The notes beneath the pieces were generated by a model. That model had not been told where the DNA came from. It saw only the letters and a program-made list of their open reading frames with translations, and did no database searches. DNA of 44,883 nucleotides, counting the filler, from Catajapyx aquilonaris (Eukaryota), in the NCBI GenBank assembly GCA_000934665.2. It is 2 parts of 2 records of this genome, joined end to end, with 100 filler letters (N's around TTAATTAATTAA, not from the genome) between each part and the next. Parts side by side here need not be neighbours in the genome. Positions count along the whole stretch, not along the records: positions 1 to 22,391 come from JYFJ02005873.1; 1 more part is not named here. The stretch is one strand, 5' to 3'. This document shows, piece after piece, positions 1 through 14,720 of this stretch (its first letter is position 1; the number at the start of each line of letters is the position of its first letter). The position numbers were made by a program, and so were the translations under genes.

Positions 1-59
1 GATCTAACCTAATATTATTTTTTAAATTGTTGTTATTTTTTAATTTATTAAAATAATCG

Positions 60-116
60 CGGCCACCCTCGACCCCCACGTAGAAGGCTTCGCGACCACC
101 AGGTTGGGAACCACTG
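60..116. mobile_element. Right end of hAT-type MITE
   Basis: Ends in GGTTGGGAACCACTG, reverse complement of the CAGTGGTTCCCAACC terminus also seen at 34940-34954. Confidence 0.55.
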
Positions 117-514
117 ATCTAATACAGACACTGCCATAACACCATAAGTTCCATTGGCTGATTATAATAAAGGGAAGTTATGAGCAGTTAGAAAAACGCG
201 GTCCGAAAGGGTGCATATAAATTATTTAGATACATGTGTGCGAGTGCATGCGAGTAGAGGCGGTACAGGTTGTGAATTTCTGTTCATACAATAATAAATG
301 TTTTTTTTATTGCAAAGGTATGGGTATATGCATATTTCCCAGCCAATAATGCAACTTAGGTGGGATTGCAGATTGGTCGCAGGATAGGGAATCACGGATA
401 TGTGAATGCATGGAGGAACGGGTGAGAGTGGGGGATGTGGATATGATTGGCATCATCACTGGCAATAAGTCCGAAGAGATTGAAAATGTGGTGGGTACCG
501 GTACTGTAGGCCGC

Positions 515-598
515 AGGCCTAGAAAAGAGCGAGCGAAGCGAGCGGTTTTCTAGGCCAGCGCCCTAGGAAAATACGAGCGGAGCGAGGGTTTTCCTAGT
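515..598 (+). repeat. Two tandem hairpins ending in CTAG, Helitron-like 3' ends
   Basis: ggcctagaaaa-gagcgagcgaagcgagcgg-ttttctaggcc and ctaggaaaa-tacgagcggagcgaggg-ttttcctag. Confidence 0.4.
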
Positions 599-3098
599 TT
601 ATTATTTAACTGCCGTACAATATAAGGATTGAATATTTAAAACGCATAAAATTCACACAGCACATGGAGGATGATGTTCATAATGATGAAAATCATAATA
701 TTTGCTGGAACATTACTTCTTATGAGGAATCGCCTTATTCTAACTGACGGATATAGTAGGCTGTAATAGTAGGCTGCGGCAATATACCCTTCCGTATAGA
801 CGCTGTAATAATTATATTCTTCGTTTTTGTCATACACATTTCTGACCACACTGTAATACACGCAGATACATTGTGGCGTACTCCGAACAGACCGAATCTT
901 CATCACAATTGGGCCAGTAGCAGCCAGAAGTGTGACATTGCTGGCTGGTGCTGGTAATTAGAGTATTGCAATTAAATCTGAATGTTGACATAAATTGCGG
1001 CTCTTTTAAATAGCATAAGATTCGCCGTTTGACTGAACATGCGAGTACACCACAATGTGCCTGAGTGTACAGTGCATCATGTTTTTAGTGTATACTCATA
1101 AAATAGTGCGAAACGGGCGTTACAAAAATAATGACGAGAACGAGAGGGTATTATTCTTGCACAAGGGCAGGTGAAAATACAAAATACTTATTATTATTGG
1201 GCCAGTGGGAGCCAATAATGTCACATTGCAGTTATGTTGGCATAGTTATAGGCTACTTTTAATGGCTATCAAAAGCGCTAACATCAGAGCTTAAATGGGC
1301 ATTACAGCCTACATTAGCGGTTAGCCTAATAGTCCACTAATGTAGCCTTTCACTCTACTCTATTCATTTACCGGGAGCCTGTTTTATTAACTTATATAGT
1401 TCCTTAGAGGGACCTTTAGACTATAATTTACATATATTTCCTGAAAGCGACACTGTATTTGTCCACGTAAAAATGCTAATGGCAGCCCACTTCGTAACGT
1501 AAATGTCTTGGCAAAAGTGATTGAAAATATTTCCTGCTTTGCTAAGTGCAATAAGATGACGGAATAAACAGTGTAGGCTACCGAAGTAGCTGCAATGTAC
1601 AATTAAATTGCTAGAAGGAAACGTAAAGACTGTTTCATAAGTTTCCCAAATGAAATAAACTACCAGTATTCATGTGACATTGAAATCAGTAGGGCTGAAA
1701 AATCACTCCGATTTTGCATATAAATTTTGCGACAAATATTGGTCATCATAATACGTACATGAAATGAATCATTAGCACTCTTCGTGGTCACTGTAGGCGA
1801 CACAGGCCAATGAATGCTGGAAAAAGCAGTTGTGAAGTATACATATATCTAATACAGCAAAGAACTCTACCTCATTTAGTTCGACTTGCTAAGCGCCATC
1901 CAACCGACCCTTAATTAGCCCGCTGCTTCGCCCTATTAACTCCAGGCACTATATAAAAAAAACACCCCGCATCATACGCAAACAAACGGAACCTAAATGT
2001 CATTTTAATAACCGGCTCTCATATCACCACAGCCATATTGTTCACCTGACTAAATAATGCAGCCGGCTTCTAATTAATGAGAAAATAAAAGCATCCATCC
2101 CCTAGGGGCCCCATTTACACGCCCACCTGATATGCTACCTGGAATAATATACGATTGTCAGAATTTGCATAATACGGCCCCTACTGTCTGCGGGGCCGCT
2201 AAATATGCGCAAAAACATATGCAGAAATTGCACAAGCAGATGTTGTCTATAGGAGAGTTGTGGGCAATTGCCGAATGGTCAAATGAACCCGGGGCAGACC
2301 CGGGGCAGGACCTGCTCCAATAAAAATATATTTCGTGGCAGATGTGTCTGTCGGTATTTTTAAAAATATTTTTGGGATTTTTCCTTGTGACAAACTGAAG
2401 ATTCCCAGACGATGCGCAATGGCGCCAGGGCGCACCATTTTCTGTCCTTTTTAATGGTCCTTGTCTCCTCTCGAGATCTGGGTGACCAACCCGACAGATG
2501 TCAGTGAGAAGAGCGATGCAATCACAAGGAAAAGAAAGCCCTCCCCAACAGTTAGATTGTGTGCCGGGCAGTTGGGGGTCGTCGCGATCACACAAGAAGG
2601 GACCACCGATCCAGTTTCCAAGTAAATACAAAAATAACAAAACTATGCCACTCTTCAAATTTTTTCTTGAAAGAAAAAGGTCACGGACACCCTTTGGTTC
2701 ATGGGTCTGCGGAAGCCGGGTATAATGTCGAGTAAGTGCCAGACAAATTTGACTTCTTTGTTTCCTTCGCTGCATTTTTCAATGTCGTGGTTCTTGACAC
2801 TTTTTTTTGTAAAAGGCGTTCTGAGAAAGAAAAATTATGGCTGAAGCAGGATTTTGTTGTAATCGATTCCCAGAAAATTCTCAGAGTTTTGAAGGACTAA
2901 TTGGCGGCATTTACTCATGCCTCCTGCTGACAGTACTCTTCAGCAGTTTGTAAACACGCGACAAAAATAAGGACCAGTATAATTTCTGAGGAGAACGCAA
3001 GAAAATAATTGTAATTGCGTAATTGTGACAGCCAGGCGAAAAATCAAAATGTTAGACGTACAACGTATTATACTGTTATTATATTATTATCGCTATTA

Positions 3099-4080
3099 CA
3101 CTGGCCGACAAAATTCAACTCTTTTGTTACATGTAGGCCTATACGTGATTGTGAGATTCATATTGTATCTTTTGTCTGATTTCGAATATCTAAACTAGTT
3201 TCTGCTATCACTCAGAGTTTTTTGAGTAATCGGCATTTTTATGGTAGCAATGTTATACAATTTCAAATCCCACATAGTTTGTAATTTGTGAGTATAGGCA
3301 ATGATTAATAGGGCTTAATTAATGGATTACCTATACAATATGTTCCCCCAGTAGAAAAGCCAAAATCCTCATAATGATGGAAGCTTATTATTTTTAATGT
3401 GCATAATGTATTGCTAAGCACAAATCAGTACAAAAGGTAGGCTTGTTACAAGAAAATGGATGCTGATGGAATTTTTCTGACTTCATATTCAGAATTAACG
3501 CATGTATGAATGCATAAGAAACAGCCAAAATTGTTCGTGTGACAAAGCCACTGTTGACCAATAAACTGATGATATTGAACTATGCAAAGTAGGGCCTACT
3601 CTCGGTGAAGTAATGTCTGTTACAAGAAAACAGATGCCGATAGAAAATTTCTGATTTTAAATTCAAAATCAGCGTCTACTTATGACTAACATACAAGACA
3701 GCAAAAAATTGTGCATTTAACAAAGGCATTGTTGACCAGTATATTTGTGACATTGAATTATAAAAAGTTTGGGGAAGTAAGTTTCGTTACAAGACAAATA
3801 ATGAAGGCTGATAGAAAAATATGACTTCATAGTCGGAATCAGAGCCTATGAATGCATAAGAAACAATTAAATTTGCTCATGTAACAACAATTTTGACCAA
3901 TATATTAGCGACAATGATGTATGTGCAGTAGGCCTATTATTTTCTGCAAAAGAAGGTAGGTATGTTACATAAAAATGAAGGGTGATGGACACTTTCTGAC
4001 CTCATATTCAGAATCAGCGCCTACTAATACATGGGAAACAGCTAAAATTGTTCGTGTAACAAAATCATTGTTGGTCAGTG
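3099..4080. mobile_element. Non-autonomous Chapaev3-like (CMC) DNA transposon with tandemly repeated right end
   Basis: Termini CACTGGCCGACAA / TTGTTGGTCAGTG, 3-bp TTA on both sides, subterminal inverted motifs (ttttgttaca / tgtaacaaaa). Confidence 0.7.
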
Positions 4081-7000
4081 TTATTGTTGTGGAAAAATTA
4101 GGGCAAGCCCGCTTCACTCTGAAACAGATCCTATATAAGTGTATTTTCGCCGCCGCGCGCGCCGTACATATTAAATACCGGTATTACCAAGGGGTTAACC
4201 ACTTCGGAACTCCGGTGTACACCTGCGAGTGGTACTCCCAGGTACTCCTAAGGTACCTTACTCTTTAGTATACTCCTTGGTATTCCTTGAATTTGGTACA
4301 CCAGTGTACACTTATACATTTATTACAGTCGAGAGGTTAACCCCTTGTGTACTACTTTTATTGCAGAGTAATGTTACAATAATCATCAACTGAACAAGAG
4401 TAGTAATTTATTATTAATGATGATGAGTGACTGAAGCAATGTTCTCTGAATCCACTATAATAACATACCGCACTTAGACATTAATTCAAGTTTTATACAT
4501 AAACTCTGGCTTGCTGAAGGTAGACGATTTGGTGAGGCATGCATTATTGCATATACGCCATTAAGGAGGTAAATGTTTAAAATGTGTTTGAAACCCCGTT
4601 TCGAATAAAAATGTTATTGATGTATCATGACGATATTTGAAAAAGATTAATACACATTTGTAACATTTTATGTGCAGTAGCCTCCTACATTCTCAGAGAA
4701 TTGCTTACCAAAAGATGTACACTGTACAGTATATATAAACACGAAAAAGCTATTGGTTTAATCCTGCTTCATGTGAAGTTGTATTAATGTTTCCAGCATG
4801 TTTCTGATACAAAGTGCCTTTTTATGGGAGTGTGGATGTGACCAAACTTATCTTCTAATTATTTTGTCCGATGTCGTTTTACTGCAGTATCCAAAGGCAC
4901 CACAAAAGTCGATGTCTTTTGGTAAATTCCGGTATATAGAGCATATCGTAAAAAGCACACTTCGCAGCTACAGTCAGACATGTCAGCTATTTTTTTCTTT
5001 TCTTGCCACCCCGGTGAGTTGGAAATATTCTTGGCATCAAGTAAACAAGCCATACAGATCGAAACGAAATATTTCAGATGACTTTATGGCCAAAATACTA
5101 TAAGCTCTTGGGTATTTAGTTCCTTTGCGCTCCAATTTATTTTGGTAAACACATTGGTAGCAAAGGAACTCTACGTAGGCATTTTTCTTGTGCACAATAC
5201 TGTAACACCCAATTAAACAGTCACAATCAGGCAGATATGGGATCAAAGCTCTCTGCAATGTTGAGAAATACGTGGAATTGCTCACTGCTCACAATCGGAA
5301 TTCACGAAAACCGCAAATCCTCGCGGGAGGGTTCTTCACGAGCACACATCCCATATTAATACAGTATTATCGCTTTTGACGAGAGTGCCTGCTACTGTCA
5401 TTGTGCTGTACCTGCAATTTTAAAAGGCACATTTTTCACTAACATTTTTCTTTATTACTTTATACTGTATACACAGTTCAGAGCGTTCTAGAAGCGTACT
5501 CCTCATAATAGTCTAGTGGCTATAAATTAGGATCTGCAAATAATGTCAATGATAATGATTACCGTACAGTTTTTATGCCACGATTTTGTGTGGGTGACAA
5601 AATTAATCAGCTTTGAAGCAAAATCATCGTGTTTGTCAAATTGGAATTGACATCAAACCAAAAATGACAGAATGGGTTAGTAAAAAATCATTTTCTATCC
5701 GAAACAGACTCCTAAAGCTCAACTGCATGATCAGGTAATAATTTCATGATAGAAAGTAGTTCACGAATTGCAGCATAAATACATATGATTGATAGGACAG
5801 CCCTTTCACCGACCCAAAAATTTATATTAGCCCCCATTACCCTCTCTGTCAATGAAATAAAAATTTATCTACTTTACAGACTGACGTGTATCAGCGTTAA
5901 ATTCTATTGAAAAGCATACAAATTCGCACTATTTTGGCCCAGGTTAAATACTATGGGTATTGTCTTACGGGCAATAATATTTATTCTTTACTCTCTGCCC
6001 TGCTGGATTGGGGCCATTGTTTTATTACAGTATTCAAGCCTCCTGGAGACACTGCGGTCTAATTCAGATCATGCTTTTCTGGCATCTCCTTATTCTCTCC
6101 TAATTTATGCAAAAACTGCCTACCCGTGTGACTCCCCATTTATTTCTCCCCTGTTTTCGCCACCCCCTCAAGATTCCGTGATTCACTTTTTGGCGAGCAT
6201 AATAACACCCTCTCCGCAGTGGAGCGTAACACGCGGAAATTACAATAGTCCCGCAACAAACCCCTCAGCCCTGTAATTTCGCTCATGCCACTCTGCAGGT
6301 GGGCATGTCACGAAAATATAGACATTGCTGATACGACCCTTCAATTGAATCCGGTGGTTAATAATTATACGGATGTCATCACTCGCGTCACGATCACCAA
6401 AACTTGGCAAAAAACGACACTATCACACACATGCACACCTGCGCACCCTTCTCACGTAAGGTAGCGTGGTCGCCCACCATCCATCTCACACACTTCAAGA
6501 ACAACACACCCTGTACCCTCGCGGGGCTTGTCCTCTTTTCTTGGCCGCCCGCATGCGGCTTGGTTCCCGGTCAGAGACGCACTAACCAGCCGGTGAAGCC
6601 CCAAACTCCTACCCAACTCCTCTCCCTGACGGGTTTCACTCATAACTAGGCGCCTTCATCCTGGAAACTCATAATTAGCGATCCTATCAAACGAGTTTAC
6701 CAAGGGCTCATTAAAGTGCCGCCTTTTGTATGAACTTATTAACATGTTTCAAGCACGGGCGTAAGCCAGAAAATGAGAAGACCTTTTTCTGCCCCCCCTT
6801 TTTCCAAATTAAATGACCTGGGGGTGGGGGTATGTTGGGGGGGGGGGGCGTCATCGCCCCCCGTGTAATGGCACCAGCGATAATGACACTGGCCGTTAGC
6901 CATCTCGAAAAAACTACCCCCCATTAAAATCCGGCGGGAGAATCACGTTTCATCTGTACTTTCAGCTATTGTCCTCTGTTGATTCATCCTTCGCCACCAG

Positions 7001-10000
7001 ATTAGAGGGCTCTTTTGCTACTCATTAGCACCACACCGATATGAACTATTCAGGTAATTAGTAGGCCCGATTTGGGTGGGGAAGAAGTTGGGCCAAAATT
7101 CTGAACAGCAATATGCGGCCTATATATGACATATTTTTTCCTGGAATCAGAATGAGTTTTTTTAACACTTATTATCATAAATTCTGGTTGCCTAACCATC
7201 GACTTGGGACGAATATAAATAGGTAATACTTTTCATTAGATTGGTATCTGTCTGACTTACGACTTACGTCATTAATTATCCGGCAAGAGTAAGTAGAGCG
7301 TCAGGTTTGTCTTCATTTTGTGTATAAGAGACACGATTTAAAGGGTGTGCTGAAGGCTGTTAATCAGCGTGGATTGGCCAAGCATGCGATATGCAAAGTG
7401 TTGTCTAGAATATTTTAAAAGGCAGCAACTTGCTGGGGTGAACAATCTTTTGAGTTAAAGCATGTACACTAACCATCTGCTGACACCCTCACATTTCACA
7501 ACATAAACGGCTGTCGAGCAGTAATTTCTTAATGCGATAACAATTCGTGCTAAAAATTTTCACCATATTTTTGTGGCCAAAAAAGAAGAGTTAGAATGGC
7601 AACTACCTGTTGCCTGTTTTATTGCTTGCGTGTCTGTACTTAATTGCCGTGGTTTTGCACCTTATCGTGATCGGAAATACCCCTTTTTGCGGCTGTAATT
7701 CGAGGTTTCCTCTTTCAGGTCACACATGACACGAGGCCTCAAAACAATAACTCTCTCTCTGCCATTTCTTGCACATTTTTTATCAAAATTGATTCATTGT
7801 TTATCGTACGGCTAGACTGATCATTGTTGTGTAATTTCCTGCGGTGTGGAGTGACAGGACCTCCAGAGGAGACCTCGGCAGGTGAGCCCTCACCTGCTCG
7901 CCACAACCAGTGTTTGGTATACCCATTATTGTCACGACAAAAAAATTGGTACCAAAAACTGGTATTAAACCCTCCCTGAACCATGTTCATATTTCAGAGT
8001 TCGAGTTACTCTACAACCCCGATCAGACTAATTCATTACACCCCGGGGCGGACTACTGGGATTGGTTTTTGGGGCAAACTTACCCCACCCCAGGGATTAA
8101 TTCTACCCACCCTGCCCAGTACTTAAACCTTAGTGATTGAATAAAGATTACACTTTCAGAAGAGTCCTGTTACACCGCCAGCTTGAAAAGGGAAATTCGA
8201 CCTCCCCTTTTGCTGCTGGTGTTGCGGGGAAGTTGTTCAAATTGGCAACAATAGAAAAGTGCTCCGTTGTTGTTTTTTTTGATGAGGTTTAGTAAGAAGA
8301 TGGCCGATAGGGCACGACTGTTGACGCTTGTGACAATGGTCTGTGTCTCTTTGTGTGGGGACAAAAGATTTAGGGGTCACCAGACAAAATTGTCGCCAAT
8401 TAGATGCCTGCTTGTGGGAATAATATTGACGCTTATTAAATTCTAGAAGTCATAACCGGTGCAGGAAAATAATAATTTATGTCTCTTTTGTGGGCAAGAC
8501 TCGACCACATAAATCATACGCGGCAAGTGAGCAGCGGCAACTACCGTACATCCCCTCAATGTATTAAAAATGTGCCACCTTCTGTCGCACAATATCACGC
8601 ACGTACTGCCGCGCAACCAGTTTATCCCTAAAATTAATGCCCAACATCTTTGAATTAAGAGTCAGGCATGGACGACACAAAAGCACGCAACTTCTGAAAC
8701 CGGTAGTCCCAATATTACATTATTGCATTATTCCTAGTTCAAAATGTTGTCCAAATGCTACCAAATATCGAGCAAATTTTTACCGAAAAATTTATTTGTT
8801 ATTTGTTTCTTATCGAACAATTCTTCTTCTTTGCCCATATCTGAATATGCGACAGCAGAACGACTCCCCCTGATGTACATATCTGCACGTAAGATCTCAT
8901 CTCGTGGCTTACAACTCAAACTGCTTGTTCCCCCAGCTTGACATCCCCCAACCAGCATTTTGTTTGCACCAACAAAAGACAACAAACAACACGAAAATCC
9001 GCTGCTCTTCTGACAGGGCGTCGATCCCATTTATTCCTAGCTCTCCCATACCTGCGAAACCCTCGAATGAATTAAACTTGTACCCTCGAGATACCATCTT
9101 TTGACTATTGATTTGTGCCCGCAGCTGCTCACCCAAAGATGGTGGTTTCAGATAGTTGTAATAATATAAAAAAGATGTGTTGGAAAGTAACCATAGCAAG
9201 CTGGCAAGCGCACACTTTTCGCAGGGGCATCCAAGAATAAAGAATGGTTTTTGATTTCCCATGGAAATTATCATCCGATCTATGTGCGGGGGACAACAGG
9301 ACCTCTTCTGCTGCTGGGAAATGCAGCGATTGCCTATCTGCATGTTTCTTTCTGAAGAAAGGAACCCGCATTGGGCAGCCCAAAAATGGCGGCTTTTGGA
9401 AGCATGCGAGATGTTAATCGGTCGATTTGCGATCCGGGCTGACTCTGCTGGATAGTGTGTGTATATAAAGTGCTGGGTGCTGTTTCTCACAATCGTGAGA
9501 CTCCGAGAGTGTCCGTTAACCTTGCTTCAAAAATGGCAACTACCTTCTTGCACGCAATCGAAAAACCTGTTGAGCAGTTGGCAACAAAGGGATTTTTTGG
9601 GGAGTGTTTATAAATTATGGGAACTTTCCGTTTGATATGACGCATTGAAATCAGAGGCAGAAAAAGGTAACGGTATAGGAAGATACTTGGTCTTCAGGTT
9701 GAACTTTTGGTCAGTATATCGCTCCATGTTTTGGCAAATTTGTATGATACACTGCCAAGTCGCATCGACCTCTTTCAATTGATGTTCCACAAAAACAATC
9801 AGCAAAATCATTGTATAGGACAAAAGGGCCGAATCTTGACCTGCATGTCTGGAGGCCATTCCCATCTGAATAGGGCAGTGTCGATTCGAATTTCCCTAGA
9901 TTTTCCGCAATGTTGCGATTTTCCATCGACTGAGGTATGTTGAGAGATGAGTACAACAAAAGGGTCGGACCCGTCTGAATAATATAGCATGATCAATAAG

Positions 10001-13000
10001 GGTTCCTTATCCGGAGGGTGGGTTCAGAAAAGGCTAATTTTCCACTTCCTCCTTTCTGCCTAATCGTTCCGCATGCCAAAGAACATCAGAGGGGGACCCC
10101 CTTTTGACCCACCTCTAACTAAATCCGGCCCGGAACAGGATGACCAATTCCACGGATGACTGTGATGTTCAGTGACACGAGTTGACGGCTCAATTCCGGG
10201 TTGCTGTCGTGGGACATGATTCGTTGCACTTTGCAGAGAATTTTTTGGGGGGCAAATAGTGGTAATGAACATTATATTGTACAAGCAATTAAGACCAGTA
10301 CTTGCTCTTTAAAAATTATCAACCGCATTTTTGCAGCAAGTGACACTTGGAAACGACGTCTTTTCTCTCAAAAATTCGCCTCATTGAGTCAATTTACTCA
10401 TAGGATTTCGCAATTACCACCGTGAGAGGCATTGACAAATGAAGAGTACAGCTTGTTCTCAGTCCCCCTAAAAATTTCTTCTAACAAGCGCACTAATGAA
10501 TAACTCCCCTTACATATCGACTACTTTGTCCCCCTTTTTTCCGTATAAAAAACCGCTGGTGGCAGTCATTACGTTTGTCACTTGACAGCGTCAGACGGAT
10601 TATACGGTAATGAACACCCTCTTAAACCGCTTACATGCTCCGCACTCGATTGATTTCCAATCCCCCCCTACGAAATATTCAAAGACCCGCCCTTCCATCT
10701 ATTTTTTTTTTCAAAATGGGGACGTACCCTCGTCAAGCATCAAAACCCTTCAACCCGCACAAAAACCCGGAGCAGGTTCCCACAAAAACAACCCCCTCTA
10801 CATATAACCCTCAACAAAACAAAAACTGGTACGAGGGGAAATAATCCTCCTTGCGATAATATTATTTCCCTGCCTCGTGCCTTGAGGGGATTGAATGGAT
10901 TGAACCTTCATTCTTGGGAGGGGCACGACCATTGTTGGAATCAGACGCGTGTCACGCGCGTGGCCGCCGCGGGAGATTTCTCTGGGAGAAAAAGTCTTCT
11001 CCCGACCCCGAAAATTTTTCTGGAACAATGCTGTGGGCTTATGGTCCTCACGCCCGGTCTCTCATTACAATGGAGCCCCACTGGGTATATACAAAAAGAA
11101 TGTTCAAAATGGGGACACCCACAGGGGGTTCAGATTTGTCAAGTTTTGGCCTAGCTGCATTTTTTTTATTTGGTTAAAAATTTGTGCAACTTTGGTTTTG
11201 AAAACTCAGCGCCTTCCTATATTCCAATCAGGAAAAAAAGGACATTAGACGTAACAGGATCTTGCTTTTTCTAGAGAGAAGGGGGGTCTCGCCCCTGGGG
11301 TCACGGCTTGAATGCCTTCGACTCCCTTTGAGGCAACACGCACGGCAGAATATATAAGCTCACCCCCCCTATTCCTAACAATAGGAGGGACTCCAACAGA
11401 CGCCGACGACGTCTGCACAATAGTGGTGTCCTCCAAATATGGTGTCGCTTTCTACCGTGTGAATCTCTGGTTATCCTAATTGGAAATAGGGGACATTATT
11501 GGGACATGTCCAAAGCATGGACTGTATACAGTAAGCGTAATGGATAATTTCACGTGGTAGTGCCTCCACATGCGAACTTTGCAGCCTTCGTGTCTGACAA
11601 GTTAGGAACCATTTTTATGGTCGACGGTACGCCAAACAATACAGAAGCCCGGCAATTACTTGGTAATAACGTCCGCTCTAATCCGCCAACCCTATTCTTT
11701 CCTCATTTGGCAGCCGGCTAAGGACCAAATAGCACAATAGTATCACTTGGATCAACACATTACAACGCACACCCCTACGTGTCATCTCGCAATTTAAAAC
11801 CTCATTGTTTTCCAACAATACCTGTTACTCCGTATAAACACATCCCCCTACTAAAAACTTACTAACGAGCTAATGGATTCTAGTTTCTTGGCTCGATTTA
11901 CATGCGAATTATTGCGTTTTTTATCCCACCACTTGCTCCATTTTTGTGTAGGGCGATTCATTAGCACTTTCCGGCTATTGTGCCAGTATTATTTTTTTGT
12001 GTGTCCAAAGACGGTGAGGAATTCAAGCTTCCTGAATTAGAAGCAATGGATAAGTCTGGTTCCAAAAGCGATGGGAGATAAAGGTGCGAGGAAAGGCGGG
12101 TTGGACACGCAAGGGATGATACTCGTTCTTCTCTTGCATGTGTAAGCCCAATTATTCCTTCACTTTATACCTGTGTCGGAGGGTGCTGCCTACACTATTC
12201 CCCCTCAGGAAACGACGTATGATCTACAGCAGAAAGGGTACGGGGTCAGTCTGACCCATCATCAAGATAGTCCCCCCTTCTCTTTATATGGGCAACTTTA
12301 AATCATTTGCACTGTGTAAACAAAACCTGGGGGAAAACCCCTGCAAGGTACACATTGTAGTGGCCATGTTCCCTGTACTATTTACACTGATGTATACGCA
12401 ACTTACGGTACGGGTGCAGTGTGACGTCGCCGCCATGACCCTCAGTGGGACGATTTGGCACTCTGTAACATAATCACAATAGGCCTTGAAATAGCCATTC
12501 TGAATAGTTAACAACACTACTTACCTACTCATCCGGACACATAGCGTGCAAGTCCACCCATTGCAATAGTCTCAACTGCTTGTCTTATCTATGACCTGGC
12601 CTTTATTGAATTTATCCCATTTGACATTGCCCACATTTTATTTAGACCAACATGTCCTGTCATCTGCCCCCATTTTTTCCCGATGGGGGCCACCTCGTTA
12701 GAGCCTCTGGAAGTCTGCATTCTAACAAACCTTTCTTGAAGTGGACCTAAAAATGACTTGGAACGTAGGAGGGGCTTCCAGACAGGAAACTACGCCTTCG
12801 CTCCATCGATAAGAATCGGAACAAGTGACTTTTTTTTCTCCCCTTTTCCAACCCCTGTCTTTTTCTCTTTTCTTCCCATGTGAGGACATATTTAAAAAAG
12901 GGTCCTGCTCATTCATCCTTCCTGTCATACGCACTTCGTTAGGACGAAAAAAAGTAGATCGATCTATCCTATTTGGAGGTGGGAAACGTGCACAAAAGGC

Positions 13001-14223
13001 TTTTTTCCCCCTCAATACCAACCTGTATATACTCACTTTTTGGACCAAAAATGGTGGTGGCGTATACATATTTCACGTGTGTTTTATTTCCTGAATCGGC
13101 ATTTACTGCAGCAGCATCAGAGAGAGCTGCATGCATTACCGCATGATTTGTATTTGCACGTACAAAGGACTAATTAGCCATCAAACAAGAGCTGTACACA
13201 GGCGGCCCCCCCAAACAAAACACTTATCATCGCTGTAGCATTGTTCCATTCGCCATGAATAACGAGCTTCCATATATCCACATGTGAGAGGGGGGGATAT
13301 TTATCATCCCTCAAAATGGCTGCAAAATCCCGGTTTTTTCCTCGAATTTGGAATTGCCACAATAGCAACAGATTTTATATAATAAAATTTTCGATGCAAT
13401 TTTTAGGGTGGACAGTCTCTGATGTTATCATGGACACACACACACACTGAGGGTGGGGCGTAGCAGCATGGGGAGAGGGTCGGCCCCAACCTCATTAAAA
13501 CTGGCTTTATGGACTTGTTCCCAGTTTTTTTTTCCCCCCGCAAAATTTTCCCCTGCATGGCTCTGCAGGGACTCTGACATGACGCCAGCTCCCGCGGGAC
13601 TCCTATGTATATGCACACCCTGCTATAATGTGGCGAGAGGGGGGGTTCTCTCTGCACACATAATAGTCGCCCACCCTCCCACTGCAACCCGCCACGGCCT
13701 GCTGAGGTATTTACACGCCACACAAACCCGCCATTATTATGGTGTTTGTGTTCACGCGAATTTCTAGTGTGTGCTTTAAACACACGGGTGATTAGCGAGC
13801 CTTTTTTTATGATATCCACCCAGTCGGACCTACTAGAAAAAGCATGGCAACAACAGGGCTGTGGGGGGAAAAATAGAGAGGGGGTTATTTCATGGAACAA
13901 AACTCTCTCTCTAATGGGGCTTCTGACAATGGACCGGGATCATATGGAAATTTTTAGGCTAGGAGAGAGCACTTGCACATTATTGTAGCATCATACAAAT
14001 ATGCATTAATGGTGTCAAATCAGGTGTGGAAATTATTTTTGTCGTAACTAATAAAATTATCCGGCCTTATAATAATCCGCGACTCTTACACACTGAAACT
14101 CTAAAAGAGGCACCGTCATGTCGTGCCGCTGCAGAATTTCCGAAAGAGCAGCATGCGCCATCTAATGATTTAATTCCCAACTATTTTCGCTTGCGTATAA
14201 CATCGCTGTAAGAAGTCAGTATA

Positions 14224-14387
14224 CTGTATAAGACCTCGATATAACGCTCCCGCCCTCCCGCATATAATGCTTTCCCGCTTTTAACGCCCCTTTGATCATT
14301 TTCATACGGTAAATTTTCCCGCATATAACGCTATCCCGCATAAAACGCTTGAAGAGCGTTATATCGAGGTTTTACTAAGTTTTACTG
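14224..14387. mobile_element. pogo/Tigger-like MITE
   Basis: Inverted ACCTCGATATAACGCT (14233-14248) / AGCGTTATATCGAGGT (14355-14370), internal CGCATATAA repeats, ends CTG-TA. Confidence 0.65.
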
Positions 14388-14394
14388 TATTAGA

Positions 14395-14720
14395 ATAATA
14401 TTATTATAGCTATTATAGCTGTAATATTAGCTGTATTAGCTGCAATAATTATAATAAAATGAATTGTAAAAATAATTATAGCTATTAAAATAATAGATTA
14501 GTTTTTATTACAGCTAGTAGTTATCATTCTAGCTAACAGTTATCATTTTTGATATTATTATAGTTAGAGCTATCATTATAGCCATCAGTTATTCTAGCTG
14601 TTATTGGCGTTATCATTATAGCTATTATTGCAGCTACTGTACTATTATTAGCATTGCCATTATAGCTATTATTGGCGTTATTATTGTAGCTATTGCATTG
14701 TAGTTATTATTGAACTAGTT
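14395..14720. repeat. Degenerate AT-rich low-complexity repeat (ATT/ATAGCT units)
   Basis: Recurrent attatagct / ttatcatt units. Confidence 0.75.

Noticed and set aside
2158..2775. 205-aa minus-strand ORF
   Set aside because: No recognisable domain, random-like composition, no convincing splice context.
8909..9490. 193-aa minus-strand ORF and overlapping short ORFs
   Set aside because: Non-ATG start and no protein-like features.
9948..9980. tarsal-less/pri-like smORF (MSTTKGSDPSE)
   Set aside because: Lacks the LDPTGxY motif and repeated copies.
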